NCBI GenBank assembly: GCA_035532555.1 | Contig: DATKQS010000024.1 | Location: forward strand, 162,262-226,261 | Length of the DNA stretch: 64,000 nt | Source of the DNA: Thermoplasmata archaeon | GTDB taxonomy: Archaea > Thermoplasmatota > Thermoplasmata > Lutacidiplasmatales > UBA184 | Direction: 5' to 3' | The notes under the pieces: model-generated | The model's input: the letters and a program-made list of their open reading frames with translations, nothing else | Told to the model about the DNA's origin: nothing | The model's database searches: none | Translations under genes and position numbers: made by a program | Shown here: positions 47,818 through 55,766 of the stretch, piece by piece | Layout: each line of letters begins with the position of its first letter | Numbering within the stretch: the stretch's first letter is position 1

Positions 47818-48651
47818 GTGGCCGTGGAATCCACCTCGAAGCCCGTAGCACTCGTCACCGGAGGGGGTACGGGTCTCGGGCTTGCGATCGCGGCGGGGCT
47901 GGCCGACGACGGGTACGACCTCGCGATCGCGAGCCGATCGGACGAGCACCTGACCCGCGGCTCGGCCGCTTTGCGCCGGCACGGGGCTCGGGTCGTCGCG
48001 GTCCGGACGGACGTGAGGGAGCCGGATCAGGTCGATCATCTCCTCGCGGAGATCCAGCGCGAATACGGACGACTCGACGTCCTCATCAACAACGCCGCCG
48101 GCAACTTCCCGGTCGCCGCCGAGTCGTTGTCCCCGAACGGATGGAGAGCCGTCGTGGGGATCGTCCTGGACGGGACGTTCTTCTGCTCGCGGGCGGCGTT
48201 CCCCATGCTCTCTCGCTCGCCCCACGCCTCGATCGTCAACATCATCGCGGCGTACGCATGGATGAGCGGGCCGGGAACCGTTCACTCGGCGGCCGCCAAG
48301 GCCGGAGTGCTGGCGCTCACCCGGACCCTCGCGGTCGAGTGGGCCTCCCGGGGGATCCGGGTGAACGCCGTCGCTCCCGGACCGATCCGCACAGAGGGCA
48401 CCGATCGACAGCTGTGGACCTCGGAGGAGCTCGTCGAGCGGGTCCGGCGCGGCATCCCCATGGGACGGTTCGGAACCCCGGAGGAGATCGCCGACGCAGT
48501 TCGTTTCCTCGTGAGCTCTCGGGCGGGCTACATCACCGGCCAGGTCCTTGCCATCGACGGGGGCCAGTGGCTCGGCACGGGGGTCATGGAGCTCCTCCGG
48601 CCGTTCGTGTCCGACCGCTCCTCAGTGCCTCCCGGGAACCCCCCGGGGTGA
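47818..48651 (+). CDS. short-chain dehydrogenase/reductase (SDR)
   Basis: 'ALVTGGGTGLGLAIA' (TGxxxGxG), 'NNAAG', and the YxxxK region 'SAAAKAGVLALTRTLAVEW'. Confidence 0.8.
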   Translation: MAVESTSKPVALVTGGGTGLGLAIAAGLADDGYDLAIASRSDEHLTRGSAALRRHGARVVAVRTDVREPDQVDHLLAEIQREYGRLDVLINNAAGNFPVAAESLSPNGWRAVVGIVLDGTFFCSRAAFPMLSRSPHASIVNIIAAYAWMSGPGTVHSAAAKAGVLALTRTLAVEWASRGIRVNAVAPGPIRTEGTDRQLWTSEELVERVRRGIPMGRFGTPEEIADAVRFLVSSRAGYITGQVLAIDGGQWLGTGVMELLRPFVSDRSSVPPGNPPG

Positions 48652-48800
48652 CCCGTCGGTTTCTCTCGGCCCGAGGGCGGCGACAACCCCACGCGCGGGG
48701 CATGGCGAGGGACGGGCCTGGATCGTCGAACTCCGAGGTCGCTCCTACTACGGAGGCCGTAGGTAGAACGCGATGCGGTCGGGATCGGAGTCGGCGTTGG

Positions 48801-49634
48801 CTACATCGTCGGTACGTTGCGTTCGACGAGGAATGCGAGCAGGGTGGCGACGTAGAGGTCCGGGTGGGTGATCTGCGGATCGTGTCCCGCGTCCCGCAGT
48901 TGCCGCACGGTCGCGTTAACGAGGGCTCGCTCGAGCGCCACGCTCATGCGGTGCAGGAAGGCCGGGCTCACCGTTCCCTCCGTCAGGAGGATCGGGATCA
49001 GCAGCTCGCGGAGGCCCGGTCCCGCCGGGGGTCGTTCCGTCGCCGGGTCGCTGAACTCCTCCAGCCATCGCGGAGTGTAGCGCAGCAGCTCGGCCCGCGT
49101 CTCGGGCCGGAACCGATCCCACGCCGTCGGGTCCCCGGCGAAGTGCCCGAAGACCTCCCGCGCCGCCCCTTCCAGGTCCCCGCGCCGGATCCGGTCCTGC
49201 TCCGCGCGAAGGCCCGAGCGCAAGCGCTCCGCCTCGGGGGCCGTTGCTGGATCGTCGTCCAGCAGGCCCAGGTACGGCGGCTCGTGCAGCGACAGGCTGC
49301 GCACCAGCTCGGGCCGATCTACGGCGAGGCGGAGCGCCACGATCGCCCCGTAGGAGTGTCCGACGAGGTGGGCCGGATAGTGGTTCGTGGCCTCGAGCAG
49401 GGCGCCGAGATCGGCCGCGTCACTCTCCAGAGCGTGGGCTCGAGGGACGAACGTGCTCTGCCCGTGCCCCCGACGGTCGTAGGCGATCACCTGCATCGAT
49501 CCGGCGAGTCCCGGAAGGACCGCGCGCCAGGACCGTAGGTCGACCCAGGACCCATGCACGAGTGCGGCCGGATCTCCCTCGCTGCCCCGGGCCACGTAGT
49601 GGAGCTCGACTCCGTTCGCGTGGATACTCGGCAT
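48801..49634 (-). CDS. alpha/beta-fold hydrolase
   Basis: 'HLVGHSYGAIVALRLA' (GxSxG) and 'VHGSWVDLRSW'. Starts at the internal Met (MPSIHANGVELHY); the upstream part of the track ORF is Arg-rich junk. Confidence 0.75.
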   Translation of the reverse strand: MPSIHANGVELHYVARGSEGDPAALVHGSWVDLRSWRAVLPGLAGSMQVIAYDRRGHGQSTFVPRAHALESDAADLGALLEATNHYPAHLVGHSYGAIVALRLAVDRPELVRSLSLHEPPYLGLLDDDPATAPEAERLRSGLRAEQDRIRRGDLEGAAREVFGHFAGDPTAWDRFRPETRAELLRYTPRWLEEFSDPATERPPAGPGLRELLIPILLTEGTVSPAFLHRMSVALERALVNATVRQLRDAGHDPQITHPDLYVATLLAFLVERNVPTM

Positions 49635-49650
49635 CGATCGCTCCGACCCG

Positions 49651-50721
49651 TCACCGACGACGCGCGACGTAGAGGACCGCGAGGGAGTTCGCCGGCGCAT
49701 TGTGGGTCTCGACGCGATGGAAGCCGCTCGCGTGCAGTAGCCGGCGTGCCCGCTCCACTCCCCACGCCGTCCCCAAGCCCGCGCTCCCGTGCGCGAGCGA
49801 CACCGGCAGGCAGTACGAGACGCTGATACCGTAGAGAAACGCGGCCCCCGGGTTCCCGAGGTTCGCCTCGAGGCGGCTCGATGCTCGCGGTTCCTCCGCG
49901 AACAAGATCCCGCCCGGCTTGAGCGAGCGCGCCACGGCTCGGAGCGCAGCGGGAGGATCTGCGAGATCGTGGATCGCATCGAACATCGTGACCGCATCGA
50001 AGGGCCCGAACTCGGTCACGCGTTCGATCTTGCCTCGCACGTGCTCGACGTTCGTCAGGCCCCAGGCGCGGGCCTCGGCGCGCGCCATGCGCAACGCCGC
50101 CGAGGCGTCGTCGATCGCGATGAATGTGGAACGGGGGAACGCTCGAGCCAGGAGGTGCGTCGTGTGCGCACTCCCACAGCCCAGGTCGGCGAGACGCGCG
50201 CCCGCCCGCAGTCGCGCCGCGAGCCCCCGCGCGAGCGGAAGGTACGCTTGCACCAGCAAGGCGTCGTATCTCCGGCGGTTGAGCTCATCCATGATCTGGG
50301 GGAAGTCGGGAAGATAGGCCGAGTACCGGACCCCGCCTCCGCGGCGGAACGCCCGAACGAGGCGGGATGCCTGAGGGGCGCCGACAAGCGCCATTCGGCT
50401 GCCGGCCGCTAGATTGTACGGCGAGTCTCCCGTGAGGCAGACCGCGCGATCGGGATCCAGGGAGAATGTGCGGCGGCGCGGCTCGTAGGCCACGATGCCC
50501 GCCGCGGCGACCGCGCTCAGCCACTCGCGAACGTACCGCTCCGTCAGGTGCGAGCGCTGGGCGATCTCCGCGCTCGTGCCGGGGGCCTCCGCGAGGGTCT
50601 TCCATAGGCCGGTCCGGGACCCGAGGTCGATCATCAGCGCGAGCGTCGCGTGGGAGTACGTATCGAGAAGCGTTCGCGCGAACCGGCGCGTCTCGGGGGC
50701 GAGTTCGATCCGATCGGTCAC
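49651..50721 (-). CDS. SAM-dependent methyltransferase with N-terminal winged-helix domain (O-methyltransferase-like)
   Basis: 'LADLGCGSAHTTHLLARAF' (motif I, GxGxG-like) and 'DAVTMFDAIHDL'. A TATA-like GATATAGCC lies about 25 nt upstream of the ATG on the minus strand (around 50745-50753). Confidence 0.75.
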   Translation of the reverse strand: MTDRIELAPETRRFARTLLDTYSHATLALMIDLGSRTGLWKTLAEAPGTSAEIAQRSHLTERYVREWLSAVAAAGIVAYEPRRRTFSLDPDRAVCLTGDSPYNLAAGSRMALVGAPQASRLVRAFRRGGGVRYSAYLPDFPQIMDELNRRRYDALLVQAYLPLARGLAARLRAGARLADLGCGSAHTTHLLARAFPRSTFIAIDDASAALRMARAEARAWGLTNVEHVRGKIERVTEFGPFDAVTMFDAIHDLADPPAALRAVARSLKPGGILFAEEPRASSRLEANLGNPGAAFLYGISVSYCLPVSLAHGSAGLGTAWGVERARRLLHASGFHRVETHNAPANSLAVLYVARRR

Positions 50722-50841
50722 GTCCTGCCGACCCCTCGGCGGCTATATCGGTGCCCGCAGGGCGGCCCGGGCGGTGTCGCGGGCCCGTGGGGGCGATCGA
50801 CCGCCGGCTTTACGTTCGGCGGCCGGTTGCGCGCTCCGGAT

Positions 50842-51118
50842 GAGCCACATCTTCCAGCGGCCGCTGTGCGACATGGGACGGGCGTACGATTTTGCGTTCC
50901 GACCGCTGACCGGCGAGACCGAACCGACCACGGGGGGACCCTGCGACGATCGACCGACGCGCTTCGAGCTGTACGCCGCGCTCGCGGATCCGGCCTCTCC
51001 CCACGCCGATCGGCAGCGCTTTTCCCTGTGTTCCGAGCACGTCGCGCAGCTCCGGGGCTACGACGCCAAGCTCCAAGCGATGGGCCGGCCCAGCCGGTTC
51101 CGCACGACTCCGGCTTAG
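50842..51118 (+). CDS. possible small ORF (92 aa), very uncertain
   Basis: 'MSHIFQRPLCDMGRAYDFAFRPL...RFELYAALADPASPHADRQRFSLCSEHVAQLRGYDAKLQAMG'. Protein-like composition but no motif, and a competing minus-strand frame exists. Confidence 0.2.
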
Positions 51119-51128
51119 GCCGGATCGG

Positions 51129-52133
51129 TCAGGGAAGAGGCGCCCGGTACGCCGCGGTCCGCTCGAGGCAGATCTCCCACAGACAACCCGCCGCCTCGCG
51201 GTCGCGAGAGGCGCGCGAGGAGCCGTGGGGTCGGCTCTGGACGAAGTAGCGGCCGGTGACGCCCGCGAGCTCCGGAGCCGTCGCGACGTACGTCGGGGTG
51301 TCGGCCCCGTGCTCAGGAGATAGCCCGAACATTCGCTTCGCGACGCGGAAGGCCCGGGCCGAGAACGTTCCCCCCGCGTCGCCGAATCGGCTGCGGATGA
51401 AGCCCGGGTGGCAGGCGTTGAAGGTGACCCCGAGGCCCGCGTGGCGCCGAGCGGCCTCGTACGTCACCATCAGCAGGGCGAGCTTGGACTGGCCGTAGGC
51501 CCCCCACGCCGAGTATCCCCGGGCGCGGTCGAGATCCTCGAGGTGGAGGCCGGCGGTCCGATGGGCCGCCGAGGAGACGTTCACCACGCGCCCGTGGTGG
51601 GGCTTGAGCCGATCGAGCAGGAGCTCGGTCAGAAGGAACGGAGCGAGGACGTTCAGCGCGAACGTGGCCTCGTTGCCCTCGGCGGTGAGGGTCTGGGTGA
51701 AGAAGATCGCCCCGGCGTTGTTGATCAGCACGTCGAGATGGTCCGAAGAGGCCCGGACCTCTGTCGCGAGACGGCGGACCTCCACCGGTCGGGAGAGATC
51801 CGAGAGGTAGAAGCGGAGATCGGCGCCGGGGACCGTGCTATGGATTCGCTCGATCGTCTGCGCTCCGCGCTCCGCGGAGCGGCCCACGAGAAGCATCCGA
51901 GCGCCCTGGGCCGCGAGACGGGCGGCCACGACCTCCCCGATGCCCGAGGTCGCTCCCGTGAGCAGGCAGACGGGTCCGGTGCGGGTGGATGCGTCCTCCG
52001 GGGGTCCTCGGCCGGTCACGAGAAAGGTACCGGGGCGCCACGCTCCCGGGGACCCTTGGCGGTTGCGGGAGGGGCCCTCCTCGCCGCCTCGAGCGTTCAC
52101 CGTTATAAGCCCCGGAAGTTGGCAGGTGTACAT
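51129..52133 (-). CDS. short-chain dehydrogenase/reductase (retinol-dehydrogenase-like SDR)
   Basis: 'VCLLTGATSGIGEVVAARLAAQGARMLLVGR', 'NNAGA', 'YGQSKLALLMV' (YxxxK). The N-terminus is probably shorter: an in-frame GTG (VTGRGPP) lies near 52019. Confidence 0.75.
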   Translation of the reverse strand: MYTCQLPGLITVNARGGEEGPSRNRQGSPGAWRPGTFLVTGRGPPEDASTRTGPVCLLTGATSGIGEVVAARLAAQGARMLLVGRSAERGAQTIERIHSTVPGADLRFYLSDLSRPVEVRRLATEVRASSDHLDVLINNAGAIFFTQTLTAEGNEATFALNVLAPFLLTELLLDRLKPHHGRVVNVSSAAHRTAGLHLEDLDRARGYSAWGAYGQSKLALLMVTYEAARRHAGLGVTFNACHPGFIRSRFGDAGGTFSARAFRVAKRMFGLSPEHGADTPTYVATAPELAGVTGRYFVQSRPHGSSRASRDREAAGCLWEICLERTAAYRAPLP

Positions 52134-52162
52134 ATCGGGGAAACCCCCCGGACGAAGGGACC

Positions 52163-52441
52163 ATGGTTACCGTAGAAGTCCAGCACAACAAGTGCACGGG
52201 TTGCCAGCACTGCCGCGATGTTTGCCCTGTGACGGTGTTCGAGATGCAACCCCGCGAGAAGTTCCCGGACGCCGTGGACGACCCGGCCGTAGCCGCGAAG
52301 TTCCAGTTCCGGGTCGAGAAGTCCGCCGTCATCGCTGGACCGGACTGCATCATGTGCGAAGCGTGTCTCGCGGAGTGCGAGGGCGAATGCATCACGATCG
52401 TGGACGACGAGGGCAAGGTCCACCAGTCCACGTACAAGTAG
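52163..52441 (+). CDS. 2x[4Fe-4S] ferredoxin
   Basis: 'CTGCQHCRDVCP' and 'CIMCEACLAECEGEC'; 92 aa. Confidence 0.8.
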   Translation: MVTVEVQHNKCTGCQHCRDVCPVTVFEMQPREKFPDAVDDPAVAAKFQFRVEKSAVIAGPDCIMCEACLAECEGECITIVDDEGKVHQSTYK

Positions 52442-52469
52442 ACCCCACCGACGCGGGCCCCGGCCCGGC

Positions 52470-53258
52470 CTACGGCGCGCGGCCGGAGGGGCGATCGTGG
52501 GGGAAGAGGTCCTCGAGCAGCGGGGGCAGATCCTTCCACGATGAGAGCACCCGCTCCGGAGGCGGGTCAATCCGGTCCTCGGTGTGGGAAAGCGCCGCGT
52601 ACAAGGCCCCGTAGTTGCGCGCTCCCTGGAAGAGGACCGAGCAGCGGAACCCCGCGGCCCGGGCGCCGTGGACGTCACTGCCGAGATCCCCGAAGTGTAC
52701 CGCATCGGCCGGCAACGTCCCGATCGGCTCGAGGGCCTTCCAGAAGATCTCCGGCGCGGGCTTCGCCCATGGAAGCTCTTCACTGAGCGCCCAGGACTCG
52801 ATGAACCGGGCCATGTCGAGGCGCTCCAAGACCCTGCGCATGCTCTGGCCGCTCTCTCCTACCAAGTTCGAAACGACCGCGATTCGGTAGCCCTCGTCGA
52901 CCAGCCGGCGAAGCTGGTCCCGGGCCCCCGGGACCTCCTCGAAGGGCTGGGCCGCCACCAGGGTCTCGATGGCGGCGACCCAGCGCTCCGGCTCCGGTCG
53001 CCGTCCCGCGTGGCCCGCCGCGACGCGGGCGAGGTCAGAGATCGGCGCACCTCGGCCCTCGCGCGCGAGCGCCGAGGTCCACGCTTCGTGGGCGGCATCG
53101 GCCGGATCTATCGCCCGTCCCGGCTCGCGCCCGGGCGCAGGAGGGGAGGTCCGGAGGATTTCGGCAAGTGTAGCCTCCTGCAGCCCGATGTACCGGTCCT
53201 CGGCCTCGGGAGCCAGCTGGATCAGCGTGTGCCATAGATCGAAGGTGATGGCGGCCAT
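52470..53258 (-). CDS. HAD-like hydrolase with atypical motif I
   Basis: 'AITFDLWHTL': the second Asp of DxDx(T/V) is replaced by Trp. 'IAVVSNL' (motif II, S/T) and 'HFGDLGSDVHGARAAG' (motif IV). Confidence 0.55.
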   Translation of the reverse strand: MAAITFDLWHTLIQLAPEAEDRYIGLQEATLAEILRTSPPAPGREPGRAIDPADAAHEAWTSALAREGRGAPISDLARVAAGHAGRRPEPERWVAAIETLVAAQPFEEVPGARDQLRRLVDEGYRIAVVSNLVGESGQSMRRVLERLDMARFIESWALSEELPWAKPAPEIFWKALEPIGTLPADAVHFGDLGSDVHGARAAGFRCSVLFQGARNYGALYAALSHTEDRIDPPPERVLSSWKDLPPLLEDLFPHDRPSGRAP

Positions 53259-53376
53259 CCGTCACCTCATCGGAGCCCTGGGCGAAATATGACCGTGCCG
53301 GGCGGGTCCCCGACTCGGTGGGATCGCCGGTCGGAGCCCCGGGGGGAGGCGGGGCGGCGCATCCGCGGTCGTGCGA

Positions 53377-54366
53377 TCAGACGGTCCAAGGCGCGGGGAT
53401 CCGCCGGAACGCGTGCTTCACGGTGGGCGTGCCTCCGCTCCGTGGGAAGCGCACGTCCACCGCGGCGGATCGGCCGAACGCGCCGAACTCGAGCGAGTAC
53501 CAGGTGACGACGTACCCCGTCGTGCCGTCGTCCCACACGTACCCGAAGTGATAGCTGTCGGCGAGGAAGCGGCTCGAGTTCCGTGCGAGCGGGTACGAGC
53601 GCTCGAGCGCGTCCTCCGCGCTCGTGACGGGCCGGTCGGGGGATCCGGGGGACTCGAGCGGGACGTCCACCGTGAGGGGCCCCCGGGTGATGCCACGCCC
53701 GAAGACGTAGCGGGCGAAGCTCGTGCGCATCCGGTCGGCGCTCTTGCGCTCGGAGATCACGATCCACACGAACGGGTTGGACGTCGGGACGACGTGATCG
53801 TAGTCGCCGAGGCGATGCAAGCGACGACCGACGTAGAGGCGGGCCGAGAGTCGCAACGCGAAGTACGCGATGAAGAACCCCGCGAGCGCCCAGAGCGTGC
53901 CGAGGTAGATCGAGTAGGCCACGCTGTTACGCTCGACCCCGAGGAGGAGGTAGAAGGCGACGACGCTCACGATCAGCGTGAAGAAGTTGATCGCCCGGTC
54001 GGCGTCGAGCTCGAGCTTGCGCTCGGAGAACGGAGCGAGCGGTGGCACGGAGAAGTTCGTGAACCCATCCTGGAGGATATGGGCGCAGCCTCCGATCTCC
54101 ATGACGATGAAGTAGATCCAGGGGCTCCCCGGGAGGATCAGAGGCGCGAGGAAGGCGCCCGCGACCGCTATGACGGTCACCCCGAGCAGCGAGTGGGTGA
54201 TCCCATGGTGGCGCAACAGCGGCCAGCGCTTGCTCAACGGGAACAGGAGGGCGTCCGCGTCCGGGAGCCCACCGGCCAGCGCGCCGGCCGCGAGGTATCC
54301 GGGCTGAAGCCCCGTGATCCCGAATGTGATGAGGTAGGCGACGAGGACGTGGGTGAAGAGGTCCAC
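53377..54366 (-). CDS. integral membrane protein, possibly a DUF457/YdjM-like membrane-bound metal-dependent hydrolase
   Basis: 6-7 TM helices; conserved-looking His and Asp residues ('RHHGITHSLLG', 'GGCAHILQDGFTN'). Family assignment is tentative. Confidence 0.4.
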   Translation of the reverse strand: MDLFTHVLVAYLITFGITGLQPGYLAAGALAGGLPDADALLFPLSKRWPLLRHHGITHSLLGVTVIAVAGAFLAPLILPGSPWIYFIVMEIGGCAHILQDGFTNFSVPPLAPFSERKLELDADRAINFFTLIVSVVAFYLLLGVERNSVAYSIYLGTLWALAGFFIAYFALRLSARLYVGRRLHRLGDYDHVVPTSNPFVWIVISERKSADRMRTSFARYVFGRGITRGPLTVDVPLESPGSPDRPVTSAEDALERSYPLARNSSRFLADSYHFGYVWDDGTTGYVVTWYSLEFGAFGRSAAVDVRFPRSGGTPTVKHAFRRIPAPWTV

Positions 54367-54388
54367 GGAGGGGAGAGGAGGCGCCGCT

Positions 54389-54655
54389 TTACAGCAGGCC
54401 TTCCTCCATCACCTCGACGGACTCTACGTGGGGGATCTTGGCCAGGGCCTGTTCCGTCGAATCGAGCACGCCGCCCTCGTCCGTCATGACGACGCTCACG
54501 AGGAGGGCCCTGAGCCCGAACGCGATGTCCTTGACCTGCATGCCGCGGACCCGGACGCCCTCGGGCATCGCGGCCCGCACGGCCTGCGCGATCCCTTCCA
54601 TGTTCGTCTCGACACCCGTGGGCATCAGGCGGAAGAGCACGGCCACTTGACCCAT
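54389..54655 (-). CDS. ef1b: translation elongation factor aEF-1 beta
   Basis: 88 aa. 'MGQVAVLFRLMPTGVETNMEGIAQAVRAAMPEGVRVRGMQVKDIAFGLRALLVSVVMTDEGGVLDSTEQALAKIPHVESVEVMEEG' matches archaeal EF-1beta ('...IAFGLKAL...'). The track ORF is over-extended at its N-terminus. Confidence 0.8.
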   Translation of the reverse strand: MGQVAVLFRLMPTGVETNMEGIAQAVRAAMPEGVRVRGMQVKDIAFGLRALLVSVVMTDEGGVLDSTEQALAKIPHVESVEVMEEGLL

Positions 54656-54675
54656 CGCTCGACTCCCCGGCCCGC

Positions 54676-54849
54676 TCAGGGCCCCGTGAACCCGCACTTC
54701 GGGCACGTGTAGAGCACGCTCTGATCGCGGCAGCGCGGGCAGCGGCCGATCGTGGCCTCCCCGCAGCCCGGGCACACGAACTGGGTCGAGCCCTTGACGG
54801 GCAGGGCGTTGCCGCAGCTGGTGCATTCGAGGGTCGCAGCCTCTGCCAT
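54676..54849 (-). CDS. small zinc-finger protein with four C(P)xCG-type motifs (HVO_2753/COG2888-like)
   Basis: 57 aa: [57 protein letters not shown] carries the motifs CTSCG, CPGCG, CPRCR and CPKCG. Directly upstream of and co-oriented with ef1b. Confidence 0.65.
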   Translation of the reverse strand: MAEAATLECTSCGNALPVKGSTQFVCPGCGEATIGRCPRCRDQSVLYTCPKCGFTGP

Positions 54850-54878
54850 GATGGATCTTCCAACCGCCCGCGGACCGT

Positions 54879-55766
54879 CTACGAACGGCCTCGGTTCCGC
54901 CGGCGGCCGCCCACCAAGATGAGAGATATAAAGGCCACGGCTGCGAAGGCGACCACGCCGAGCACGATCCACAGCGTGTAGTCCGGTGCGGGCCCCGTGA
55001 TGTAGAAGGAGTAGGAGTAGCTGCCCTGCCCGTTCGGGAACGTGACGAGGCCCTTGTCCGCGGTCGGGATCGCGAGCGTGAAGGTGTGCGAACCCGCGGA
55101 GAGGGGCGCCGAGGGGTAGGCCCAGTTGATGGTGTAGACCTCGCCCGGCGTCAGCGTGGGCACCTTGTAGTTGCCCGCATAGGAGCCGTCGAGATAGATG
55201 TTGATCAGGAAGCTCAGGATCGTGGAGTTCGGTCCGGCGGTGATCGTCACCGTGAGCGTGTAGGGCTTCACGACGAGGACGGCGTACGTCAGGTTGATCG
55301 ATTGGTTCTTGTCGAGGTAGACGGAGGAGATCATCACGTGGATCGTGACCGTCTCGCTGACGTTGCTTACGGTGAGGCTGCTGAACTGAGCGGTCGAGTT
55401 GATGAGGGCCCCCTTCGTGGGGCTCATGGAGACCTTGGTGAGGTTGGTCGCGCTGAGGGCGATGTAGTAGGTGATGTTCCCGATCATCACGCCCGAAGAG
55501 CTGTAGGCCGGGCCCCCAACCGCATTGATCGTGTAGAACTGCGTCGCGTTGTATCCGAGCACCGTCGGGCCCGTGATCGATCCGGTCAGGGGGGGCGATG
55601 CGGCGGTGGCAATCGGGTTGGCTGATGGCGGTGGGGCGGTCGGGCTTGCCGCCGCGCCACCGGCGAAGCCGATCGCGCCGGCGGCGAGGAGGGTCGTCAA
55701 TAGGACCGCGAGGAAGACCGGGCCGGCCATGCGGCCGCGAGGGTTTCCGCTCATCGTCGCTCCCAC
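54879..55766 (-). CDS. secreted, C-terminally anchored cell-surface glycoprotein
   Basis: Signal peptide '[29 protein letters not shown]'. At least 9 N-x-S/T sequons (NAT, NIT, NLT, NST, NVS, NQS, NLT, NST...). C-terminus '[35 protein letters not shown]' (PDY, TM, Arg-rich). May start at the Met at 55730; the longer form overlaps the aglB stop by 16 nt. Confidence 0.6.
   Translation of the reverse strand: MGATMSGNPRGRMAGPVFLAVLLTTLLAAGAIGFAGGAAASPTAPPPSANPIATAASPPLTGSITGPTVLGYNATQFYTINAVGGPAYSSSGVMIGNITYYIALSATNLTKVSMSPTKGALINSTAQFSSLTVSNVSETVTIHVMISSVYLDKNQSINLTYAVLVVKPYTLTVTITAGPNSTILSFLINIYLDGSYAGNYKVPTLTPGEVYTINWAYPSAPLSAGSHTFTLAIPTADKGLVTFPNGQGSYSYSFYITGPAPDYTLWIVLGVVAFAAVAFISLILVGGRRRNRGRS

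Noticed and set aside
48652-48800. Imperfect inverted repeat CTACTACGG-AGG-CCGTAGGTAG between the convergent SDR and alpha/beta-hydrolase genes
   Set aside because: Could be a bidirectional terminator, but the stem is imperfect and there is no T-run. Too weak to report as a feature.
50810-51076. 88-aa minus-strand ORF overlapping the candidate small plus-strand ORF 50842..51118
   Set aside because: Neither frame has a recognisable motif. The plus-strand frame is slightly more protein-like, so it alone was listed, at low confidence. This may simply be a long intergenic or promoter region.
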